The translations under genes were made by a program, and so were the position numbers. A DNA stretch of 63,859 nt, the filler included, from Choristocarpus tenellus KU-1152 (taxonomy: Eukaryota; Protista; Phaeophyceae), in the NCBI GenBank assembly GCA_964200185.2. It is 12 parts of 12 records of this genome, joined end to end, with 100 filler letters (N's around TTAATTAATTAA, not from the genome) between each part and the next. Parts side by side here need not be neighbours in the genome. Positions count along the whole stretch, not along the records: positions 23,614 to 27,720 come from CAXNAD020016170.1; positions 27,821 to 31,481 come from CAXNAD020018663.1; positions 31,582 to 39,918 come from CAXNAD020004842.1; 9 more parts are not named here. One strand, written 5' to 3'. Below the pieces are notes generated by a model. It did not search any database. It had not been told where the DNA came from and saw only the letters and a list, made by a program, of their open reading frames with translations. Positions 26,375 through 37,699 of this stretch are shown one piece after another (position 1 is the first letter of the stretch; every line of letters begins with the position of its first letter).

Positions 26375-26520
26375 CTGTCATCCAGATGTTTTCCTCGCTC
26401 AACTATATGCACCAAAAGGGAGTAATGCACCTGAACATTAACCAGCCAACACTGTGGCTAAAAGGGGAACCAATGGCCATTGAGTGTTCAAAACTATTGA
26501 CTTCTCTTCAGCTGAGAGCT
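26375..26520 (+). pseudogene. Protein kinase catalytic-loop remnant
   Basis: QMFSSLNYMHQKGVMHLNI, then after a 1-nt shift (K)PANTV..FKTIDFSSA, resembling HRDIKPxN..DFG. Catalytic residues are substituted. Confidence 0.45.
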
Positions 26521-27582
26521 ATGATCCGGTATGAACAAGATGATTTGCGAGTGCAGTGCAAAGAGAAATGCATATTCTTGTACTTGATGCTTTGTGAGAG
26601 AATGCAACACCAGTGTGTTCAATGCTGTGATACCTTTGTGGAGATGCAGTCCCATTTTGAAGCCCCTACTTGTTGTCTGCATGCTTATATTGGAATATAC
26701 TTGAGGCACAAGTAGACTCCTTCTTCCCTCTCAAAGATGTGACCATACTCGATGCGCACTGTAACCTTTTGTGTACACAATGGTTGCCATTCAGTACCAC
26801 TAGCAAATGTAGGCTAGCAGCATTGATCCTGCAACACGAAATTCACTCATAATACCCCTCACACATTTAGTCTTGGTCATCCCTACCCCTGGCTATGGCC
26901 ATACCTCATCCTTACTCCTTCCATCCACGACAAAAGCATGCCCAAGGAGGTTCATTGCGTACGAATGCTAAGACCACTTTTGGGTACAGGCATCCATTAA
27001 TGGTGAGGAGATCAGCAAACCATTAGGGTACTTACTGGAAAGATTGAGTAAAGGGAACGGTACAGGATATATATCAAACAGAGTTTCTCATTTTTGCTAC
27101 ACACTCTCAACCCGCAGACAAAAGTCCTTCATTAGAAAATATCAATACACTTTGTTCATTCCAGAGGGTGTAAGTCCAATTTTCTTACCCTGGACCTTTG
27201 GTACTATTTCCCCTCTATTCAGTCCCAGCACTTTGGCATGCCTGGAGAGTGGATTTGTGGTAAGTAAGCGGACTTTTACGGCTTAGCCGTCACATTCTAC
27301 GACTTGTACATGGGGGAAAGACATCCAGCGAGGAGACCACGGGGTCAACTCCACGAGTGTTTCCCTCCAGGTGAGAATCGAATATGTTACCGTACCTAAT
27401 AATAGTGGTGCTCTACTACACCGCCACACTGTGCTCCAAGGCTGTTAGTGACTTTACACTGTCGCAGGTTGGATTTAATTTTGGAGGGATCCATCAGAAG
27501 ATGTTTCACTGTGTAATGATTTTATGGACAATGGTGATGAGTTCCTCTTGTTGGTTGAACCCAAACTACAACAGTAAGAGAC

Positions 27583-27720
27583 GAGCCAAAGTATCTTAGA
27601 GGGTAGAGCCGCGCCCATTTGGGGGCCAAAATCCAATGTTGCGATTTCGATGTAATTTTGTCTATCGTGTTTGTTAGGAAGTGCCAACATCCTTGTTCTG
27701 GACACACCATTTCATAACAT
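27583..27720 (+). mobile_element. MITE family A, truncated by contig end
   Basis: GAGCCAAAGTATCTTAGAGGGTAGAGCCGCGCCCATTTGGGGGCCAAAATCC... Confidence 0.9.
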
Positions 27721-27820
27721 NNNNNNNNNNNNNNNNNNNNNNNNNNNNNNNNNNNNNNNNNNNNTTAATTAATTAANNNNNNNNNNNNNNNNNNNNNNNN
27801 NNNNNNNNNNNNNNNNNNNN

Positions 27821-27894
27821 CATAGCATCGTTTTGAGGTCGTTGGATTTGAGTTGAACATCCTGGAAGGTGAGCATTGAGGGGCGCCTGTAACA
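27821..27894. mobile_element. LTR end fragment (same family as 2121-2584)
   Basis: TAGCATCGTTTTGAGGTCGTTGGATTTGAGTTG...GCGCCTGTAACA, matching ~2513-2584. Confidence 0.75.
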
Positions 27895-29605
27895 CATATT
27901 CCCCTCCTCCATGTTTCCTATGTATTAAAACCGAAGGATACAGTCTGACACACCAGTAATACTAAATTATATAACACATGTAATATACATCGCCTAATGC
28001 ACGAGAACACCAAGTGAGTAAGCTTTTATGATGAAGGTTTGACTTGGTAACATTAGAGCCTTGAATAATGAGATTAAAGTACAAAATTTCATCTTGATGA
28101 TAACTATAGTTGCATTTTTCTGAATTAATCTTGGACATCAGATTTGGAGTGTTCTATAAACAGCACCCCCTTATTCCGGGAGACAAAGTACATTCTGAAT
28201 GGTTTTAGAAATCCCACATCCCAAATTCAATAACTACTAGAACTTAGCTGCTAGAACAGTCGACCTTATCCATCCTCTCATATCTCAGAGGGGAGAAAAG
28301 CAAACACTACTACTATACATATAGTGTTGTGGTGGCATTTGCGACAGCAGAATACCATAACACAGGATTCCAAACACAGCACAGCAGCCCCACAACAGGA
28401 TACTCTGCCCTATTCAACCTCTACATCCTCTCCCATCTGTTTGCCTAGTAACCATGGCAAAGACGGACTGGTGTTGTATGTTCATCAAGAACAAACTCCT
28501 GAGATGAAGGTCCATGATCGTCAACAAATTTGAGAGAGAGAATCTGAGAGATATTTACAGAGTAGCTACGCTATCTCTCACATTTTTCCACATTCCCCTT
28601 ACTGCATATGGCACACCAGTTGTCACTCCCACGCCTGTGACCTTGGCCCAACCACCATCCAATAGTAGGAGGTTCTGGATAATGAGATGGTGTCTAGTCC
28701 AAGGTAGCCCACAAGCACACTTATCAACAAAAAGATGGATGACCCAGGCATACAACCTCTTTCATTTCAAGGTGAGAGATAGAGAGCGACTGAAGGAGAT
28801 ATGTTACCAGCAGAGATAGTACTACGTAGCAGGAGGAAGTATGATGGCGAGGAGACCTTCCATATTCTCTTAAGACAGCTTGCCTCCCTGGGTGATTGTA
28901 CTCACCTGTGAATAAATGATGAACTTTGAGAACCCCAGATACTGTGACAAGTGCCACCAAGGTGTTTGTTCCTCGTCCGCACTTGGGATTATGATATTTG
29001 AAGAGACTCTCTTTTATCCACGGTCGGGCACTTTGGATCATCTCTGCAATATATCTAGACAAGAGGAGACCTAGCTCAGTCAAGTGATAGCGTCCATGAT
29101 AGAATTAGTCAAGAAGCCTCACAGGCTCAAGTTAATCCATTTTGCAAAATGGGATGGACTTCTTGTTTGCCTCACCTGTGGTCAGAGAAGCACTACACAC
29201 TGCACTACTGACATACTATTGTATTACTTCTCATACTCACAATTAATAGTAGCACTGACTGGCTAAATGTTGCACGTTAACCAAGCGTTCTTCCGCCGTT
29301 CCTCCTGCCTTGCTTCTCGCGTATTGAATTCAGCACTCTCGCTGCTCGTCGCTCTGTGTCCTCTCTCAAGTCTTCCGTTGGCCCTATGCTGAAGTTTCTG
29401 CCTTGCAATCTTTGCCTGTAGTTCAATGGAAACCAAACGTACAGTACAAATTGCAGTTCAAAAGAAATATTGCTTAAAAAACCGAAACAAAACTCGAGAT
29501 GGTTTTAAGGCCACATCCCACATGGAACCGGGTACCTCACCTCTGAAGGAGTCACAAAATCAGACACCAACACAAAAACACCCAATAAAGTGAGATAAGA
29601 GGTTG

Positions 29606-30140
29606 TGTTACAGCCCGCCCCAGAACTCACCTCCACAGGATGTATGACTCAAATCCAACGACCTTAAAACGACGCTATGGGGACGTTGCCCTTGTGTTGG
29701 GTGTCAGGCAGCCTTTCTTAATACCCCACTCAGTGCTTAGCTCAAAGCTCGACTCAAAGTTTCGTTCAAGATAAAAGACTCTTTTAAGAGGGGTGATGGT
29801 TTTGACCAAAAGCCCTTTTATTATTATCATCATCCACCCAATTTCTTTGGTCTTCTATGCAATTGCTGTATACGTACTCCAATCTTAAACCTTTATTCTG
29901 CAACTTCTTAGGAACTTTGATGTTTTCTTCTGTACTGTAACGTATGCATTACGAATCTTACTCTGTATCTTCTACGAAATCAGCATTTACTCTGTGAGGC
30001 TATCTAAGTGTTACTAATCTCGTATAATACTGTTCGCGCTTGTTAGAACGCGAGAAACAATACGCGCACTAATCGCCTGTAACAAATGTTCCTTTTTGCT
30101 AGAACATGAGAAGAAATGTTCGCGCTATTCGCCTGTAACA
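29606..30140. mobile_element. Solo LTR (535 bp), inverted relative to 2121-2584
   Basis: TGTTACAG...CGCCTGTAACA with TSD GTTG (29602-29605, 30141-30144). The terminal motif is duplicated internally (CGCCTGTAACA at ~30074). Confidence 0.8.
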
Positions 30141-30535
30141 GTTGAAGGTTGAAGTTGAAGATCGGTGTTTTGGTTTTGAATCGGATATGACGTTTGTCGA
30201 GTTCCAAGTAGATTGAGGAACGTACGTCCATGCATAAGGTAAATTGTGAAGTAATTGAATGAGTTTACAGGTAAGGTGTTGGGGAAATCAGGTTGAAGTT
30301 GCAATTAAAAACTTCATAATGAACATATCATCATGCCTAATCCACAAAAAATTACTAAGAGTGACAAGGAAATCTCTATCTTTGAAAAAAATCGACTATG
30401 TGATTTTTTGCGTTGTCCACCATTTATCTAGAGTTCAAATTCTCGTTCGTTCCAGAGAAGCAGGCTTACGAGATTCCTCCAACCAAGAAAAGTAGGTTTA
30501 ACAAATTAATTTCAGTAACTTTCAAGTAGATATGA

Positions 30536-30608
30536 GCCCTCGTGGCCCAATGGATAAGGCGTACGCCTACGAAGCGTAAGATTGCGGGTTCGATCCCCGC
30601 CGAGGGTT
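30536..30608 (+). tRNA. tRNA-Arg (ACG)
   Basis: Acceptor GCCCTCG/CGAGGGT, D arm TGGCCCAATGGATAAGGC, anticodon stem TACGC/GCGTA with loop CT-ACG-AA, T loop GTTCGATCC. No encoded CCA; T-run downstream at ~30638. Confidence 0.93.
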
Positions 30609-30797
30609 GAACTCCTTTAGAAAAGGGGTCCTCTATCTTTTGGACTTTGTAGTTGGCCGATTGTGATAGCGGTCGTTTTTTCTAGGACGTCCACCGTGAT
30701 GAACGCCTTTAGATATAATAGGTCGAAATCCCAATATATCTTTATTTCTCTCATTAATTGCTCACTTTAGTGCGGAAAGCTCTGCATTAACCCAAGT

Positions 30798-30829
30798 CCC
30801 TAGCCCCTAGCCCCTAGCCCCTAGCCCCT
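30798..30829 (+). repeat. (CCCCTAG)n heptamer, telomere-variant-like
   Basis: About 4.5 units of CCCCTAG. Confidence 0.85.
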
Positions 30830-30885
30830 ATACCCGTGGTCAGATGGCAGTTGCACACTGCACTATTTCTTTTAGTTGATGAACT

Positions 30886-31144
30886 GAGCCAAAGTAAACG
30901 AGAGGTACCCAGGTTTTGACCGTTTTGCATTTTGAGTCAGTTTTTTAATTTTTCGAAATTCACCCATACTTCTATATATGAAGTGGCAAGTTTGACTTTA
31001 GAAGATTGATTTCTCTATCGATTGAAGAATTTCAACACAGTTCAGAGAATATCCTATATACATTTGTAAAAATAGACAAATTTTGCACCTATTTGTAATA
31101 ATCCTTAAAAAGCAACTCTGAGTACCTCTCGTTTACTTTGACTC
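30886..31144. mobile_element. MITE family C, 259 bp, TSD ACT
   Basis: ~27-bp TIRs GAGCCAAAGTAAACGAGAGGTACCCAG / CTGAGTACCTCTCGTTTACTTTGACTC. ACT at 30883-30885 and 31145-31147. Confidence 0.88.
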
Positions 31145-31279
31145 ACTACCTGTTACGCTACAACTAACAGAAAACATCCTGTGCATGCCTTGATATTTTC
31201 TCAAGCATAGGGTTCAGGTGTCCCACCACTTGTCCCTTCTCTAATGTGGTGAGTACTCCCTCGTCCGCAATAAATCTTC

Positions 31280-31460
31280 GAGTGAAAGTATCTTAGAGGG
31301 TACGAGTTTTGCCCTGTTTGTGCTTTTGGGGGTTGGCTTCCCACGGGTTTTTAATGACACTGTGCCTAATCCAAAATGTTTCAGAGTAGGTACAATGTAT
31401 ACGTTATGAAAAGGTGTGTCCGGAACAAGGATATTGACATCTCCTAACAAACATGATAGT
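31280..31460 (-). mobile_element. MITE family A, truncated near contig end
   Basis: GAGTGAAAGTATCTTAGAGGGTACGAGTTTTGCCC...GGAACAAGGATATTGAC. Confidence 0.9.
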
Positions 31461-32274
31461 AAAAATAACAACAAACATGCANNNNNNNNNNNNNNNNNNN
31501 NNNNNNNNNNNNNNNNNNNNNNNNNTTAATTAATTAANNNNNNNNNNNNNNNNNNNNNNNNNNNNNNNNNNNNNNNNNNNNGTACTTTTTAAGACCGTTT
31601 TCGCAAAAAACCCATCCTCATAGTCCCGCGCCTTCCTCAATTTTGAGATTCCCCTGTTATATGTGTATTTAACATGAAATCATTCGGAGGACAGAAGAGA
31701 CAATTCTCATTTTCCTTTGGCATCACAACAACATGGAAGTTTCATTTTTTGCAACTCTTGACAACCTCAACGGATATAAGAATATGAGTGTTCCTAGATG
31801 GGTTAATTACCGAGAAATTAAAAGAGAAGAACATACGACCATCTCTTCCCAACTTTGATAGGAATATAGATTCGAACCGTATTTATTGTCAAGTATAATA
31901 TCTACAACAACCTCCACCTCAATTTGTGTCTCTCGTTTTGAAAATACTGGTTTGAATGAAAGTAGGTTAATATTTGACGCTTCGAAAACTTTAGAAGTGG
32001 TACTTTCAAAAAGTTTTCAACAAGTCCTTTTTATGACACTTCGAACATTTTCGAAGTGGTACGAATTGTATCATTTTCTTGTGATGCTAAACGCCATCAC
32101 ATTCGCTCATCCTAATGCCCCTTTCCCTCCTTCTCAATATCCGTTCCTGATGCTTGACTTCAAAGATCTCCTTCCACTCCAATCTAGAAGGAACGGAGGG
32201 CCGTTCACGTTGCAGTTACCCAGCTTAATGCTGCACACATGATCAGACTTGTCAACTTGGGTTGACTCATCAAT

Positions 32275-33510
32275 TTGTACAATGCTAATCTCCTCAATAT
32301 CAAGGGGGTGTGCAGTCTCCTGGCCAAGATAGGAGACTATCCAAATGATGTGGCCAGTACGCTCTCTGACATACTGGGCGGTCAGCAATTCCCGTTGTGC
32401 TCACAGTGGAAGGACATGGGTGACTTCAGGGAATCTATGACCAAGAGTGGCGCCAGAGAAAACCACTCTGTCGATCACATCTTTAGCGAGTACATCGCAA
32501 CCAGTTCTCTTACTCACGACTCCAAAAACAAATTGAAGGATTCTCAAGATGAGGGCAACCTTCTACTCTCCCTCAACGGTCAACACTGGGCAATGGTTCT
32601 CAGAGTTCTTTCCATGAGACCTAAGAACAGGAGGACACCCTTCGACTTGGGGGAGCTGGAAGAAGTCCTCACAAAAGAATTGGCCCATGATACTCTGTGG
32701 TCCTTGGTGAGCGACCACAACACCAAGTACACATGGGAGATATACCCAAAGAACAACTAGGAGACAACACAGTTTTTGGTGAGGGAGGGAGTAGTATCCA
32801 GCCAGTTCTACGTGCCCAGTGGCTAAGTATCTGGGGGAGGGGGGTGGCGGCTGTCCATTTGGGGCCAATTTTCCATGTCACGATTTTTGGGTGATTTGGT
32901 TGCATTCGTCAGATGGATAATATTAGTGCACTTTTCCTGATCAGGGCCCGAAAGGACACCCTGGTGTAGCCCCCCCCCATCCGCACCCCCACCCCACTCC
33001 GACAGGCATATGCTGGCTCATTACCNNNNNNNNNNTTGGGTGCCTTCGGGAGATGGAGAATATTTGTGCTCTTTTCCCGCGCCGCGCCCGAAAGGACCCC
33101 CTGGTGTTGCCCCCCCCCCCCCCCCCCCCCCAGATACTTTGAGTCAATGTTGGAGACATCTTCAGCTGGAGGATATTGTGGATCAGGGCAATACTTGAGT
33201 ATCAACCAGTTTTCTACAGGATGGATGAGGAGTACCCATACGTGAAACGAAAAGATGACAACTCCAAGGAGGGACTCAAACAGAAACACTTGGAAAAAAA
33301 TCTGCCATCAATACGACCTGGGGGTCATCAACTTCTCACACCAGAACAGGAGAAACTTCCAGTCTACGGTGAAGAAAACAGTTGCGAAGAAGATCGAGAC
33401 TTTCTTAGACGAGGCCTGGGATCTCACCACTCGGGATAATGGACTAAAGAAAAAAGGTGACAGGACCAAATTCTTCGACGCCTGTACAACTGTGCTGGTG
33501 AAGGGCTATC
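32275..33510 (+). pseudogene. Unknown protein family, copy 1 (homologous to 62407-63844), split by a family-B MITE
   Basis: NANLL..DVA..L..IL.GQ.F.LCS..LNGQ..GEG..YVP-NVGDIF..W.R...EY..YPYV..C.QY.L..I.F....FQ..V...VA.KI..FL.EAW, all shared with the minus-strand copy in the last contig. Confidence 0.7.
32821..33145. mobile_element. MITE family B (internally duplicated, contains a 10-N gap), TSD AGT/AAT
   Basis: GGCTAAGTATCTGGGGGAGGGGGTGGCGGCTGTCCATTTGG...CCCCAGATACTTTGAGTC. Removal restores YVP-NVGDIF. Confidence 0.85.
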
Positions 33511-33637
33511 AAAGGTGTCTCCGGAGCAAGGATATTGACACTTGCAATCAGACACGATAGCCAAAATCCGTCAATTCGCAACATTGGATTTATGACCCCG
33601 AATGGACGCGATCCTACCCTCTTAAATGCTTTGGCTC
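33511..33637 (-). mobile_element. MITE family A, half copy
   Basis: AAGGATATTGACAC...AATGGACGCGATCCTACCCTCTTAAATGCTTTGGCTC. Confidence 0.85.
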
Positions 33638-33639
33638 TG

Positions 33640-35400
33640 GACCCTCCACTAAAGAGGGTCGAAAGAGATAAGCCAATTTGTCGCAGATTTGTGTCGCCCT
33701 CGTTGTCCTGGCTCCTCTTCTCCCCCTAATCATCACTCTTCTCTCGGCATTCCCAGGTTTCTGGCGTTTTGCGTCCTTCCTTTTCCTTTGACAAATTCTT
33801 CCTCTTTTCCCCTGTTTGTTCCTCCCGTGTTCTCTGTAGTCCTGAAGATTGCGACATTGAAGTTGGCTTGACAGTGATTGAAATAGACAAGGAAGCTGAC
33901 AGTTCGTGGTCACGTTTCCGCTTAGTCTTGGAAGTATGTTCTTTTGCCGATCTTCCAACCGCACCCCCCCCATCTCCATTGCAGAAGCACTGTTGGTGCT
34001 GTCATTATTGCTCAAAATGTACATATCCGCAGAACCGTTATCCATGTCGCTCATCTCATCTATACCATATGAATCAGGGGGTGCAGGGGTCTTAGGCCCA
34101 TGTTTCTTCTCTCTGTTGGCCTTGTAGAGGTTTGTTGACCTCCGTGAGTCCGAATCCTCACTATCCTGAACATCATGTTCCGACCTGGAGTTTATTTCCA
34201 GATCACCAAAGATATCGTTGAAGTCGTTAACACGTGTCCTGTAGGTACTAACGCTGCTTTTCGAATGATACTTCTTCTTGGAAGATGAGGATACCCCTGT
34301 ACATTCTTGCCACAGCTGTCACAAGGAATTTCGTTAGAATTTGAGCCATTCTTTGTCTTTCCTCCATATTCTTATGCCCCCCTCCACAGCCTTGGCCATT
34401 ATGATGAGAGTGATTATTTTTGTCTCTTGAACTTCTATCCACCAGAGCATGACTATTCTTCGTTTTTGATGGTACAGTGCTTGTCCTTGATGATATTGAT
34501 GCGTATCTCTTACGGATCGTCTTCTTGAAGTCGCAGGAGACAGTGAGCTCCAAGAATCTGTCATGCATACCTCAGTGTCATAATCGGATCCCAGCGCACT
34601 CAGAGACGGAAGATACTTTGTCACAGATGACGAGGCCCATTGTCATCATCGAACTGTGTAAGAACTCTAGTTCTGTTAGAGTGAGGAGTGGGTTAGCCCC
34701 CTTCTCCACTTTTGAGGAGAAGAACTGCCGAAATAAATCTTTATTGGTGCCCACTGTGTTAGATATAAACCAGTTAGTTGTCCATAACCGCAAAAAGCTC
34801 GCTAGGGCTCAGATGTAAGCAGCACAGAACCTCTGTGGTAGGGGCAACAAAAGCAAATGGTGAGTGCATAATATGCTTTCTCAGCCATCCAAATCTCCTT
34901 TGCACTAAACCTATCAGCTAGTAGTTCTTAGTGTGATCGCTCCTCTGATTGATTGGTCTTGCGGCAGCTAGTGCAGGTAAACAGCCAGTGGACTTACCAT
35001 AGACCATGAAACACCTTCTCCAATCATGATAGTTGGAGTTGTCAACAATTTGGGTGGTTGGGCCTTTGATCACTGTCTTCTCCTGTAGGGAGTAAGATCA
35101 ATTCCAGACCCTGGTATGGGCGAAGAACCTGATCTCCAGCTGATGTCACTCTGAGCGCTGAGCCCGTCTGGACTGTTGCCATTTCGGAAAGACCTTTACC
35201 TACAATGGGTTCAACAGGTCCGACTTCAGCTGGTACAAAGCCAGCCGGGGACCGCGGGTCATACGCTGGGCACAACGACTTGGACGACAGAATGATCCCC
35301 ACCGCCAACTCTATCAACATTCCATCTTGAAACGATGGTCCCGGTCTTGCTTCAGCTCAATTATCGCCTTTGATAGATCCTCCACAGTAGAGGAGAGTTA
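33640..35400 (-). pseudogene. Degenerate long coding-like segment, probably transposon-derived
   Basis: Chain of same-strand ORF fragments (35042-35320, 34578-34793, 34248-34568, 33614-34054) with no recognisable domain. Confidence 0.3.
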
Positions 35401-35416
35401 CTGAAAATGATCTTCA

Positions 35417-35673
35417 GAGTCAAAGTATCTTAGAGGGTAGAGCCACGTTCGTTTGGGGGCCAAAATCCAATGTTGAGATTTTGATATAATTTTGGCTATC
35501 GTTTTTGTTGGGAAGTATCAATATCCTTGTTCCGAACACACCTTTTCGTAACATACACATTTTAATTGCTCCAAAACATTCCGAGTAGGAAAATGTAATG
35601 AAAAACCCGTGGGAAGCCAAGCCACAAACGGACAATCAGGGCAAAACTCGTACCCTCTAAGATGCTTTTACTC
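35417..35673 (+). mobile_element. MITE family A, 257 bp, TSD TCA
   Basis: GAGTCAAAGTATCTTAGAGGGTAG...TACCCTCTAAGATGCTTTTACTC. TCA at 35414-35416 and 35674-35676. Confidence 0.92.
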
Positions 35674-36845
35674 TCAGCAAGGGGAGCATCACTTCGGACC
35701 CTACCATGAACTTGTGTTTCTTCTCTATGAGAAGACATGATAAGCACGGGTAGAAACCTAGGGTGAATAAAGTCAATTCCTATCCATCCATGGTTATTAG
35801 ATTCAATTCCTATCCATCCATTTGTATACAAGATCAAATATGACTTTACCAACAAATAGCTCGTGTAGACTGACTCTACATGCATACTACTAGTTATCTC
35901 CAATCTATTCGAACAGTCCACTTGAAGATGGCATCCAATGCTCCAACTCTGTGATCTGTTTTTTTGCGTGAGGTGATGAATTGGTTTTATTCCCGTGGAC
36001 AGAGATTCAAAGCTATAGGTCAGACGCCTCGTCATTCTCTCCTCAATGAAACGGAAATGGAACATGTCGACTAATTTCATGAATTCCTCTGTAAGGTTTG
36101 TAACCTATGAGATGGCAATGGAATAGCAATTGGAGAAACGTAATGGTGGAGGTTATATCGATGAAATTGACTGATGATGAAGGTGGTAGATGGACCACCT
36201 TGGGCACAGAATAGACACCCATTCTCAGAAGGTGAGCGTGGGATTCCCTAGGGTGGACAGTCTCCCTGGGGAAAAAGAAACGTAAGTCAATCTCTGCAAG
36301 TATCACCACAAATTCAGTGACGATTTGATGACACAGATAACCCAGCATCCACATCAACATCACTCGGGAGATCACAGATACCCACTGAAAATACCACGTC
36401 CCGAATGCACACCTCTACGTGTTCATGCAACCTTGTTTTGATATCCAAGGCAGCTTTGACCGCCACAACTAGCGCAGGTGAGAGGAGGGTGAGCACCTTC
36501 GTCATCGTCTTCCACCACATGACAGAGTGCACCAATTCATTCTAAAGTATTTAGTCAGATATGTAAGCCTGAATCGCTCCTACCACAGACAGTGGACTGG
36601 AATTCTTTGGTTCTCTCGCTTAATTTTGTACACAATTGTTCTTTGATTCTCATTTCGAAGATACGGTTTGTACTCAATCGTTCTTTCCTGAGTGAACGTT
36701 AAGCTTGAAGTCCCACTTTCCCCCCTTTTTGCACTTTAAACCAGTTTTTCAATAGTTTCCATTTTTTTCCAATTCACCTATATTTCTATGGATCAAGTGC
36801 TCAGTTTGACTTGAGAGGGGTGGTTTCTTTGTTGTTTGAAACTTT

Positions 36846-37123
36846 TTGACATGATTCAGGAAAAAAATGCTGGGAGAAGGAAAGGGGGGGCACCAGAAGA
36901 TTTTCAGTGAAGGGTTTCTGTTTCAGTACAGAGTTTCAGTTCAGTTTCTGTGAGGAGTTTCACTAATAGTTTCACAAAGAGGTTCACTGAAGAGTTTAAA
37001 TTTCAGTAAGGAATATCAGTTCAGATGAAACTCTTCACCGAAATTGAACTGAAACCCTTCACTGAAAATCTTCTGGTGTCTCCCCCTTCCTTTACCTAAC
37101 ATTGTTTTCTCGAATCGTGTCAA
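36846..37123. repeat. Foldback element with long imperfect inverted arms and TTCAG/CTGAA subrepeats
   Basis: TTGACATGATTC..CACCAGAAGATTTTCAGTGAAGGGTTTC pairs with GAAACCCTTCACTGAAAATCTTCTGGTG..GAATCGTGTCAA. Confidence 0.85.
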
Positions 37124-37502
37124 TGTATGCAAATATGGTCCACGCACAACAGTATATTCTTACTACTTGGTATTGTATTGAAAAGCTACTAAATAGACAT
37201 TTAACATGAAGTCATTATCATAAGAGAAGCCAAATATAATCCTCTGGTACACCCAACAACTTCAACCACAAACTGTTGAGGGCCATGAGATGGGTTTTAT
37301 TACAAAGTCGAATTTGAGTATTACTTCGAAGTATATAGTACTAGTTTTTTATTGCTAATTAAAATGTCTATAGTAGGAGTAAGGGTACAATTTCCTACAC
37401 ACACAGACAGATAGGTGTGTTACCTAATACTTAACTGTTCGGAATTAAAACGCTAGCTCAAGTACTACCCCAGAACCGTGATATGCCCTGCTTTTCGCCT
37501 CA

Positions 37503-37575
37503 GTGTCAAAATAAACGAGAGGTACCCAGAGTTGCATTTTAAGGATAATGACAAATAATATGTATAATATTCAGT
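37503..37575. mobile_element. MITE family C terminus
   Basis: GTGTCAAAATAAACGAGAGGTACCCAGAGTTGCATTTTAAGGAT, the reverse complement of the 31144 end. Confidence 0.75.
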
Positions 37576-37699
37576 TTTTTTTACAAATGTGCGTGCAGTG
37601 TACTTGTGTATGCGCACGGATGTGTATCTGTCCATACTCAGGTAAGTGCAAGTACAACTCAAATAACCAACAGATCACACATCCTTAATACCTTATCGG

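Noticed and set aside
27821-29680. 1.9-kb DNA transposon with ~75-bp TIRs
   Set aside because: The inverted match is between two oppositely oriented copies of the LTR family; the right one has its own GTTG TSD.
30751-30790. Resemblance to pUC/lac vector sequence (CATTAATTGC..CTGCATTAA)
   Set aside because: Only short discontinuous matches; vector contamination would be near-identical.
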